A program made the translations under genes and the position numbers. Of a DNA stretch of 54,886 nucleotides, positions 36,908 to 44,754 are shown piece after piece (the stretch's first letter is position 1; each line of letters opens with the position of its first letter). Source of the DNA: Bacteroidales bacterium (GTDB taxonomy: Bacteria > Bacteroidota > Bacteroidia > Bacteroidales > JAQUTK01); assembly GCA_028691445.1 (NCBI GenBank), contig JAQUZH010000001.1:1-54886 (forward strand), given 5' to 3'. The notes under the pieces are model-generated. The model did not search any database and was not told the DNA's origin. It was given only the letters and a program-made list of their open reading frames with translations.

Positions 36908-37173
36908 TGCTTTTAACCGTATATCTTTCCAAAGTTTTCCGTATGTTTTTTCGGAAAATATTTGATCCTTTTTATGACTATAAATCAAGTAGTTACAGCC
37001 ATTGAAAAAGAGAATCTGAAAGCCACCTGACTGACCAACTACGACCACATACTCAGTCTCCGTCAAGTACGGCTCATCACGCAACACTTCGGGGAGACAT
37101 AACATGACGCAACAACAAGCGAAGCAAGTTGGAGACAGTCTCAACGAATGTATCATGCTGCTCAACCATCGTT

Positions 37174-37572
37174 TTACTGTTCTGTTCGCTTTTTGTTTTT
37201 TTCCAGCTGTTCCTTCGTCAGTGTCTTGTATGAAAGGATATGCCAACTGATCACAACAGCCAGAGCTATCAGCAATACCTTAAGCGGGATGGGGTTCACA
37301 ATCCATATCGCACAGTTGAGCAAAGTGATCCATATCAGTGATACCGATAGGATTTTCGCATGGAGGGGGATCGCTTTGTATTCGTAGAAGTTGCGGATAT
37401 AAGGGCCCAGACATCTCTGATTGAGCAACCAGTCGTACAGTCTCCGCGAACCTCTCAGCCAGCAAGCTGCTGAGAGAAGTAGAAAAGGCGTAGTAGGCAG
37501 CAACGGAAGAAATAGTCCGATGATGCCCAATAGTAATGAGACCGAGCCAATGAGTATATATACGAGTTTCAC
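37174..37572 (-). CDS. YbaN (DUF454) family inner membrane protein
   Basis: 132 aa with a GTG start. LGIIGLFLPLLPTTPFLLLSAACW is the family signature. Confidence 0.8.
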   Translation of the reverse strand: MKLVYILIGSVSLLLGIIGLFLPLLPTTPFLLLSAACWLRGSRRLYDWLLNQRCLGPYIRNFYEYKAIPLHAKILSVSLIWITLLNCAIWIVNPIPLKVLLIALAVVISWHILSYKTLTKEQLEKNKKRTEQ

Positions 37573-37577
37573 GATTG

Positions 37578-37585
37578 CAAAGGTA
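37578..37585 (-). promoter_or_regulatory. TAnnTTTG box (TACCTTTG) only 5 nt upstream of the ybaN GTG
   Basis: Exact motif on the - strand, but its spacing to the start codon is atypically short. Confidence 0.3.
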
Positions 37586-37602
37586 CGAAAAAAAGAGCGT
37601 TT

Positions 37603-38784
37603 TTATTTACGAGCAGCAGCCATTCTCGCATACATCTCGACCATGGCAGCTTGTGTCAGCACTGATTTAAAACTCTCCTTGCTTTCGCCACTCCAATCCT
37701 GATTAAAGAGTCCCGTCTCTTCCCGCATGTGGGTCCAGGCATAATCCAGACTCTCCTGAAATGAATCGAGATAGCTTTTGTTCTTGTCCACCTTATAGAG
37801 CTCGATGTATCCTCTGAGCATCACAGCGGTAAACCAGATATTGCCTCTCTTCAATAACATGAAAGAGCTGCCTTCTGCGGGTGTGAACTCCTGGAAAAAC
37901 TGATTATAACCGGACTTTGCAATGTTTTGAGCTTCGGTCAGGTAGCTTTTCTCTTTGGTCAGTTTGTATAAGAGAACGGCCGATTGCAGCATCTGTCCGC
38001 TGTTGTACGCAAACTTGGCTTTTCCGATCCGGCCATTCAAGCCCACATTGTCATAATAGAGATTGTCGGATGGATCTTGCAGATGAGTTTTTGTCCAATG
38101 ATAGAGTGCTTTGCCCTGATGGAAATAGTTGCTGTCTTTGGTTGCCTCAAAGAGTTTGAGTGCCAACACAGAGCCCGGGGCATTGGAACAGGTGTTCTTG
38201 GACTCCTTTTTCTGTTCGCACCAGTAGATACCTCCACCCAGTTGCTCATCGATCCCGCTCTCGATAAATTGCCATATCAGCTTGGCCTTATCCAGATACT
38301 TTTGTTCGCCGGTCATCGTATAGGTATCGGAAAAGTCGATACCAAGCCAGATGTTGTCGTCGTAAAAGCGATCGGATGGAGGTGCGGTATGAATATACGA
38401 AGCGTAGGCAGAAGGGGTTCGCTTCGTATCCAGATATTCTTCCAGTCCGGGAAGCACCTTTGTGTCGAGGAGTTGTTGATAATTCTTGTCGTTCGTGGCT
38501 TCCAACAACGCATTGACAGCGGAAAAAGTGCCGGAGAAAGGCCACAGATAAGCATAGGGATTGGGTCTGTTGGCTTGTTCTTCAGAGGCAAGGTAGGTGG
38601 CTTTGTACTCTTCCGCAAACGGATGGATCTCACGAAGTAAACAGGTTCCCTCTACGGAATAGTGAGTATAAATGGAATCCAGTGTCTCCCGTCCACGTTC
38701 CATATTCTTCTTCGAACGGTTATTCAGGGTGGCACATCCTGTCAAAAGGAGCACGGTGCTTGCGGCTACTATCAATTTATGCAT
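37603..38784 (-). CDS. Glycoside hydrolase family 76 (alpha-1,6-mannanase-like) lipoprotein
   Basis: 393 aa. Lipoprotein signal ...LLLTGC, and a GGIYWCEQKK motif within an (alpha/alpha)6-type repeat pattern, as in GH76. Confidence 0.7.
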   Translation of the reverse strand: MHKLIVAASTVLLLTGCATLNNRSKKNMERGRETLDSIYTHYSVEGTCLLREIHPFAEEYKATYLASEEQANRPNPYAYLWPFSGTFSAVNALLEATNDKNYQQLLDTKVLPGLEEYLDTKRTPSAYASYIHTAPPSDRFYDDNIWLGIDFSDTYTMTGEQKYLDKAKLIWQFIESGIDEQLGGGIYWCEQKKESKNTCSNAPGSVLALKLFEATKDSNYFHQGKALYHWTKTHLQDPSDNLYYDNVGLNGRIGKAKFAYNSGQMLQSAVLLYKLTKEKSYLTEAQNIAKSGYNQFFQEFTPAEGSSFMLLKRGNIWFTAVMLRGYIELYKVDKNKSYLDSFQESLDYAWTHMREETGLFNQDWSGESKESFKSVLTQAAMVEMYARMAAARK

Positions 38785-38842
38785 ACTGTTTTTCTTTAAA
38801 AATAGAGTCTATCGGTTTATAATCAGAAACAATTCTGGTGGT

Positions 38843-38850
38843 CAAAGATA
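38843..38850 (-). promoter_or_regulatory. -7 promoter box (TATCTTTG) for the GH76 gene
   Basis: Exact TAnnTTTG on the - strand, 59 nt upstream of the ATG at 38784. Confidence 0.5.
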
Positions 38851-38890
38851 GGAATAATCCACGGAATAGAGCGAGGAGCAAGAAAAACTC

Positions 38891-38898
38891 TATCTTTG
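38891..38898 (+). promoter_or_regulatory. -7 promoter box (TATCTTTG) for uxuA
   Basis: Exact TAnnTTTG 40 nt upstream of the ATG at 38938. Confidence 0.55.
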
Positions 38899-38937
38899 CA
38901 TCGCAAAAAAAGGAGTGGATTCTAACTGGTAAACAAG

Positions 38938-40095
38938 ATGAAGAAGACATGGAGATGGTTTGGCAGAAACGATAATATCAGCCTGTCAATGCTGAAAGAA
39001 ATCGGTGTGGAAGGTATTGTTACGGCTTTACATGAGATACCCAATGGAGAGGTTTGGCCCCTGGATCGGATCAATGAGTTGAAAGGCTACATAGAAGCGG
39101 CGGGACTAGAGTGGTCTGTCGTGGAAAGTTTGCCGGTATGCGAGGCGATCAAATACGGCGGCGCAGAGAGAGAACGGCTGATTGACAACTATATCGTGAG
39201 TCTCGCAAACGTAGGCAAAGCGGGCGTAACCACCGTTTGCTACAACTTTATGCCTGTCATCGACTGGATACGTACAGATATCGACTACAAACTGGCGGAT
39301 GGTTCGTCGACTTTGTTTTTTGACAAGACGCGCTTTGCCTACTTCGATTGTTACATCCTGAAGCGGAAGGATGCGGAGAAGGAGTACTCCGCTGAAGAGC
39401 GAATGCGGATGGCCGATCTGGACAAAACGATCACCAAAGAGGAGAAAGAGGGGTTGATCGATACCATCATTGTCAAAACGCAAGGGTTTATCAATGGAAA
39501 CATCAAAGAGGGGGAGGCAAACCCGATTGCTCTTTTCAAAAACTTGCTGGCTTTGTATGATGGGATAGATCGTCATGCATTGCGCGAAAACCTCCGCTAT
39601 TTTCTGTCGCGTATCATGCCTGTGTGTAATGAGTATGGTATCAAGATGTGCATTCATCCCGATGATCCTCCTTTCCAGATGCTCGGTTTGCCGCGTATCG
39701 TGACCAGCGAAGAGGATATCGACTGGCTACTCAACGCGGTCGATGACCCTCACAATGGATTGACTTTCTGTGCGGGGTCGCTCAGTTCGGGGGCTCATAA
39801 TAATGTTCCGCAGCTTGCCGCGAGGTTCCTGAAAAGGATCCATTTCGTTCATCTGCGTAGCACAGAGGTGCTTCCTGACGGTAGTTTCATCGAGGCGGAC
39901 CATCTGGAAGGTCGCGGCAAACTGACCGAACTGGTTGCGCTATTTGAGAAAGCGGATCCTTCGTTACCCATGCGGGTAGACCACGGACGACTGATGGCAG
40001 CAGATCGGGAGAAAGGGTATAATCCCGGATACTCTTTTCTTGGCAGGAAATATGCGTTGGCTCAGATCAGCGAAGTGATGACTGCTGTTCATTGA
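38938..40095 (+). CDS. uxuA: Mannonate dehydratase
   Basis: 385 aa. The N-terminus MKKTWRWFGRNDNISL..., together with the length, matches UxuA. Confidence 0.92.
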   Translation: MKKTWRWFGRNDNISLSMLKEIGVEGIVTALHEIPNGEVWPLDRINELKGYIEAAGLEWSVVESLPVCEAIKYGGAERERLIDNYIVSLANVGKAGVTTVCYNFMPVIDWIRTDIDYKLADGSSTLFFDKTRFAYFDCYILKRKDAEKEYSAEERMRMADLDKTITKEEKEGLIDTIIVKTQGFINGNIKEGEANPIALFKNLLALYDGIDRHALRENLRYFLSRIMPVCNEYGIKMCIHPDDPPFQMLGLPRIVTSEEDIDWLLNAVDDPHNGLTFCAGSLSSGAHNNVPQLAARFLKRIHFVHLRSTEVLPDGSFIEADHLEGRGKLTELVALFEKADPSLPMRVDHGRLMAADREKGYNPGYSFLGRKYALAQISEVMTAVH

Positions 40096-40365
40096 CCAAA
40101 AAGGCTCCATTATAGTTAATTATTGGCTTATTCAATGCAATAACCGTAAATTAAGCGGTTTCTGAACGAATAAGCAGCATAATATGGTGCACCTTTCAAT
40201 AATAAGGCGTTACTTTGCACCCAACATGAACAAATGTGGTTTATTTCATTCTTCCTCCTCTTTGAATCTTCTTAATATTTTCTATTAAGTCTTTCCATCC
40301 TCGATCAGAGTTACCTAAGCTTCATTGTTTTACATGTCTCTTATTTATTTTATATTTTTATCTTT

Positions 40366-40611
40366 ATGAACATTTACGTAGGTAATCTGAGCTTCAACGT
40401 TACAGATTCAGATTTGCAGAGAACCATGGAAGAATTCGGAGAAGTAAGCTCCGTTAAATTAATCATCGACAGAATGACAAACCGTTCAAAAGGGTTTGCT
40501 TTCATTGAAATGCCGAACAAATCAGAAGCTATTAACGCTATCAAAAAGCTGAATGGTTATGAGTATGACGGACGTCCAATGACCGTTAAAGAGGCTATTC
40601 CAAAGTACTAA
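40366..40611 (+). CDS. Single-RRM RNA-binding protein
   Basis: 81 aa. RNP2 is IYVGNL and RNP1 is KGFAFIEM. Confidence 0.92.
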   Translation: MNIYVGNLSFNVTDSDLQRTMEEFGEVSSVKLIIDRMTNRSKGFAFIEMPNKSEAINAIKKLNGYEYDGRPMTVKEAIPKY

Positions 40612-40645
40612 TCCGTACGAGGTATCGCATTACAAGTTATATGAG

Positions 40646-40677
40646 CAGGCAAATCCTTGATGGGTTTGCCTGTTTTA
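40646..40677 (+). terminator. Intrinsic terminator/attenuator between the RRM gene and the helicase gene
   Basis: Stem caggcaaa/tttgcctg (40646-40653 / 40665-40672) followed by TTTTATT. Confidence 0.6.
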
Positions 40678-40698
40678 TTCACTAATCCTTACACATAC

Positions 40699-41823
40699 AT
40701 GACATTTAAAGAGTTAAACATTATCGAGCCTATCTTGAAGGCGCTGACTGAAAAAGAATACACCCTCCCTACTCCCATACAGGCACAGGCCATTCCGGTG
40801 CTTTTAAATAATCGCGACATACTGGGTTGCGCGCAAACCGGAACAGGCAAAACGGCTGCTTTTGCCATTCCAATCATTCAACAGATTATACAGGAACGAG
40901 AGTCCGGTAAATATCGCGATATCAAAGCGCTGATACTTACGCCGACCCGCGAACTTGCGATTCAGATTGATGAAAGTTTTACTGACTACGCGAAATATAC
41001 TCCTTTGCGGCACTGTGTGATTTTCGGTGGCGTGAAACAAAAGTCACAAACGGACAAACTTCAGAAAGGGGTGGATGTACTGATTGCCACACCGGGACGT
41101 TTGCTTGATCTTATTAATCAAAAATATATCAGCCTGAACTCCATCAGCCATTTTGTGCTTGATGAAGCCGACCGTATGCTTGACATGGGTTTTATTCATG
41201 ACATCAAACGGATACTCCCGTTGCTGCCGCGCGATCGTCAGACGTTGTTCTTCTCTGCTACCATGCCGCCGGTAATTGCTACGCTCGCTAAATCGATTCT
41301 TCGTAATCCGGTGAAGGTGGAAGTGGCGCCTGTCTCTTCGACGATTGATACCATCAAACAGTATATGTACTTTGTAGAAAAGGAAGAGAAGAAGCGTCTG
41401 CTCGTCAAATTACTGAACAAAGATAAAGAGTTGTCCGTATTGGTCTTCTCGCGTACCAAGCATGGGGCAAACAAGATCGCTCAGCATTTATGCAAAGAAG
41501 GCATCGAATCGGATGCTATTCATGGCAACAAATCGCAAAATGCACGCCAACGCGCTCTGACGAATTTTAAATCTCGTGCAACCCGTGTACTAATTGCAAC
41601 AGATATTGCCGCTCGTGGCATTGACATCGAACAACTTCCACTGGTTATCAATTATGATCTCCCGGAGGTTCCGGAAACGTATGTGCATCGCATCGGACGA
41701 ACGGGTAGAGCCGGCTGCGAAGGTATCTCTATCTCTTTTTGTAATAAGGAGGAAAAACAACAGTTGAAAGATATTCAGAAGCTTATCGGGAAAACGATTC
41801 AGGTGCTCAAGTATCAGGAGTAA
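40699..41823 (+). CDS. DEAD-box ATP-dependent RNA helicase
   Basis: Q-motif region, motif I AQTGTGKT, motif II DEAD, motif III SAT, and motif VI HRIGRTGRAG. The start is set at the Met at 40699. Confidence 0.92.
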   Translation: MTFKELNIIEPILKALTEKEYTLPTPIQAQAIPVLLNNRDILGCAQTGTGKTAAFAIPIIQQIIQERESGKYRDIKALILTPTRELAIQIDESFTDYAKYTPLRHCVIFGGVKQKSQTDKLQKGVDVLIATPGRLLDLINQKYISLNSISHFVLDEADRMLDMGFIHDIKRILPLLPRDRQTLFFSATMPPVIATLAKSILRNPVKVEVAPVSSTIDTIKQYMYFVEKEEKKRLLVKLLNKDKELSVLVFSRTKHGANKIAQHLCKEGIESDAIHGNKSQNARQRALTNFKSRATRVLIATDIAARGIDIEQLPLVINYDLPEVPETYVHRIGRTGRAGCEGISISFCNKEEKQQLKDIQKLIGKTIQVLKYQE

Positions 41824-41852
41824 ATTCCGAAGGCTTTGGATGACAATAGTAT

Positions 41853-41896
41853 ATGGAACTTGTCTGTTACTCAAACAGTGTAAGTTCCATTTTTTC
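41853..41896 (+). terminator. Intrinsic terminator after the helicase gene
   Basis: Stem atggaactt/aagttccat with an inner ctgtt/aacag pairing, followed by TTTTTT. Confidence 0.7.
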
Positions 41897-41947
41897 CATA
41901 TATTGAAATATTTTCTCATGGAAACTTGTAATGTAAGAAAATAGTAT

Positions 41948-41955
41948 TACCTTTG
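41948..41955 (+). promoter_or_regulatory. -7 promoter box (TACCTTTG) for the thioredoxin-MarR pair
   Basis: Exact TAnnTTTG 30 nt upstream of the ATG at 41985. Confidence 0.55.
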
Positions 41956-41984
41956 CATCATAATACATTAATAACCCAACAGAG

Positions 41985-42446
41985 ATGAAGAAACTAATTT
42001 TTATGGTACTGCTGCTCGCGGGAGGTTTGGTTACCTATGCTTGCGCGCAAAAAGGGAATGATAGTAATAACAAGAAAACAGTGAATAAGATGAAAACTAT
42101 TGAATTGACGAAAGCAGACTTTTACAAGAAAGTGGCAAACTTGGAAGCAAAAGAATGGAAGTATCTGGGTGATAAACCTGCTGTGATTGATTTTTATGCC
42201 ACTTGGTGTGGTCCGTGCAAAGCAGTTGCTCCTATTTTGGAAGAGTTAGCCGGAGAATACGAAGGAAAGGTGATCATCTACAAGGTAGACGTTGACAAAG
42301 AACCGGCTTTGGCTGCTGCTTTTGGCATACAGAGTATCCCGACTATGCTTTTCATTCCTGTAACAGGTAAGCCACAGATGAGTAAGGGGGCTATGCCAAA
42401 AGCAGGATTGAAACAGGCGATTGATAGTATTATCGTAAAGAAATAA
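41985..42446 (+). CDS. Exported (lipoprotein-type signal) thioredoxin
   Basis: 153 aa. Signal peptide ending ...TYAC, and the active site WCGPC. Confidence 0.85.
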   Translation: MKKLIFMVLLLAGGLVTYACAQKGNDSNNKKTVNKMKTIELTKADFYKKVANLEAKEWKYLGDKPAVIDFYATWCGPCKAVAPILEELAGEYEGKVIIYKVDVDKEPALAAAFGIQSIPTMLFIPVTGKPQMSKGAMPKAGLKQAIDSIIVKK

Positions 42447-42455
42447 TACAACTTC

Positions 42456-42812
42456 ATGGAAACACTTTGCAAGGTTCGTGACTTGTATCGGTCAATAAGC
42501 CGCTTCGAAGCTGATTTTCAGCAAGAACATCAGATCTGCTTGAATGAAGGTATGCTCCTTTGCAGTCTGAATAATGCCGAGAGACTTTCTTCGGGCGAAA
42601 TAGCTGATCTTTTAGGTCTGACTTGTTCAAATACATCCAAGGTCATACGCTCTGTTGAAGAGAAGGGATATGTTGAACGTATTTTAGGTGAACAGGATAA
42701 ACGTCAGATGTACTTTAAACTAACTCAGGGAGGCAAAACAAAGCTTCGAGATATTAAATGCAAGGAGATCGAAATGCCGGAGTTGCTACATAAAGTGATC
42801 GGATTGTATTAA
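42456..42812 (+). CDS. Small MarR-family winged-helix regulator
   Basis: 118 aa. Contains LSSGEIADLLGLTCSNTSKVIRSVEEKGYVER...DKRQMYFKLT (HTH plus wing). Confidence 0.7.
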   Translation: METLCKVRDLYRSISRFEADFQQEHQICLNEGMLLCSLNNAERLSSGEIADLLGLTCSNTSKVIRSVEEKGYVERILGEQDKRQMYFKLTQGGKTKLRDIKCKEIEMPELLHKVIGLY

Positions 42813-42893
42813 TCCGATTGATAGTACTTCTATCATCGAATGAATGTATAGGTTCAGTTTTATAGGTAATTAAGATTGTTTGTAAGGTTAGCG

Positions 42894-42930
42894 GAGACAC
42901 AGGATCGGGAAGATCCTGTGTCTCTTTTTT
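42894..42930 (+). terminator. Intrinsic terminator after the MarR gene
   Basis: Perfect 13 bp stem gagacacaggatc/gatcctgtgtctc, 5 nt loop, then T6. Confidence 0.85.
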
Positions 42931-43003
42931 ATTTCACTCCTGCAAATATCAGATTGGCAACAAATTTAATCACTTTTGCAAGTATGATTCCGATTTTATC
43001 CCA

Positions 43004-43011
43004 TACTTTTG
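43004..43011 (+). promoter_or_regulatory. -7 promoter box (TACTTTTG) for the unknown lipoprotein and GH78 pair
   Basis: Exact TAnnTTTG 67 nt upstream of the Met at 43078. Confidence 0.5.
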
Positions 43012-43077
43012 CGAGCATGAGTGCTGTTTATTTTTGTCGAGCTACAACTTTTAAACATAACAATAACCAATCAAAAC

Positions 43078-44754
43078 ATGAAGAACAGAGGTATTATACT
43101 GGGATTGGCATGGATGGGCATCTTCTTTTCTGGTTGCAATAACCATCTAACGCAAGAAAAAGAAAATCCTCCGCGCATCGCAAATATTATCCATTTTGTC
43201 AGAAACACAGAGCCTCGTATTCCTGAAATAACAGATGAAGTGCTCTACAACACCGTCGTTGAACAAATCAAACAGATTAAGCAGTATAACCTCCCTGCTA
43301 CTTTTCTCTTGCAATACGATGCGCTGATTAATCCGAAATACCAATCTTTGCTGAAGGTTGTATTGCCGGCAAACTGTGAAGTGGGCGGATGGTGGGAAAT
43401 AACGCAACCTCATGTCGAAGCGGCTGGAATGGTGTGGCGGGGAGCCTATCCGTGGGATTGGCATGCGAACGTCGGTTTTGCTACGGGATATACTCCGGCT
43501 GAAAGAGAGAAACTGGTGGATGTGTACATGGAAAAGTTTAAATCGATATTTGGGAAATATCCTTCTTCGATTGGTTCGTGGTTTATTGATGCGCATTCTT
43601 TAAACTATATGTACAGCAAGTATAAGATTGTTGCTTCTTGTAATTGCAAAGATCAAATCGGTACAGATGGATACACGATGTGGGGAGGCTACTGGAATCA
43701 AGGCTATTATCCTAGTAAGAAGAATGCGTATATCCCGGCGCAAACGGAGGAGAATCAGATTCCTGTGCCAATCTTTCGGATGTTGGGCAGCGATCCTATT
43801 TATCAATATTATGCCGGATTGGGCGGAAGCGTCCAACATGTGGAGAGCCTCGAACCGGTGTATGGCGCCGGAGGGGGTAATGCGAATTGGGTGAACTGGT
43901 TCTTCGATATCGTTGTGAAGAAGGAAACGTTATCTTTCCAGTATATGCAAATCGGACAGGAAAACTCGTTTACATGGGATCGTATGAAGCCTGGGTTGGA
44001 TATTCAGATTCCCAAACTGGATTCTCTTCGTAAACTGAACCTGGTCATAGTAGAGACGTTGGAAGAAACGGGACGATGGTTTAAAGAAAGGTATAAAGTG
44101 ACTCCGGCTACTGCTGTTTGTGCTTTGGATGATATTCGTAAGGAGGGAGCTAAGTCTGTGTGGTATAACAGCCGCTTCTATCGCACTAATCTGTATTGGC
44201 ATCAGGATCGGTTTCTGATTCGCGACATACATCTCTTTGACGAGGAGTTAAAGTCTGACTACCTGACGAAGGCTGGAACATCGACGCAGTGTGAATACAA
44301 AGCTCTTCCTTTTGTGGATGGGTTTAACTGGAGTTCGCTGGATCATCTGGCCGGCTTGAGAATCATGATGAAAGAGGAACAAGGTGGTTGCGTCGAACTG
44401 AAATCGGATACTCCTAGCGTTGTTTCTACTGCGCCCTCTACTCTTTCGGTTCAATTCAAACTTATTCCGATGGGATATTGCACGATCAAGTGCGAAGAGT
44501 CGAAACTGATGGTTTCATGTGCGGGTTTAGTGGGTAAGGATTGGTGGCTGGAGTTTGCTGCTGCTCCTGATGCAGCACTCCCTTTTACCACGATCGACAA
44601 AGGAAAAATTCAGGCGAAATTGAAAGAGTTCGCTTATCAGGTATCTTCTGAAGCGGGTACGATTGAAGGGAATCAGGAGCAGGCTTCCCACTCTTTTGTC
44701 TATCGGGTTTATCCAAAAGGAAATGCTATTATTTTAAACATGGAAAATAAATGA
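43078..44754 (+). CDS. Uncharacterised lipoprotein, probably carbohydrate-active
   Basis: 558 aa. Lipoprotein signal MKNRGIILGLAWMGIFFSGC. I can name no family with confidence. Overlaps the GH78 start by ATGA. Confidence 0.6.
   Translation: MKNRGIILGLAWMGIFFSGCNNHLTQEKENPPRIANIIHFVRNTEPRIPEITDEVLYNTVVEQIKQIKQYNLPATFLLQYDALINPKYQSLLKVVLPANCEVGGWWEITQPHVEAAGMVWRGAYPWDWHANVGFATGYTPAEREKLVDVYMEKFKSIFGKYPSSIGSWFIDAHSLNYMYSKYKIVASCNCKDQIGTDGYTMWGGYWNQGYYPSKKNAYIPAQTEENQIPVPIFRMLGSDPIYQYYAGLGGSVQHVESLEPVYGAGGGNANWVNWFFDIVVKKETLSFQYMQIGQENSFTWDRMKPGLDIQIPKLDSLRKLNLVIVETLEETGRWFKERYKVTPATAVCALDDIRKEGAKSVWYNSRFYRTNLYWHQDRFLIRDIHLFDEELKSDYLTKAGTSTQCEYKALPFVDGFNWSSLDHLAGLRIMMKEEQGGCVELKSDTPSVVSTAPSTLSVQFKLIPMGYCTIKCEESKLMVSCAGLVGKDWWLEFAAAPDAALPFTTIDKGKIQAKLKEFAYQVSSEAGTIEGNQEQASHSFVYRVYPKGNAIILNMENK

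Noticed and set aside
36851-37246. 131-aa ORF on the - strand in the non-coding island, or a 101-aa version from the Met at 37156
   Set aside because: The long form overlaps the ybaN 3' end out of frame. The C-terminal part is just the translation of the palindromic repeat (FSEKTYGKLWK / VSGKTMGKLFK). The N-terminus is Cys-rich and odd (CFACCCVMLC), and there is no promoter box. It is unlikely to be coding, but the region is flagged as a finding.
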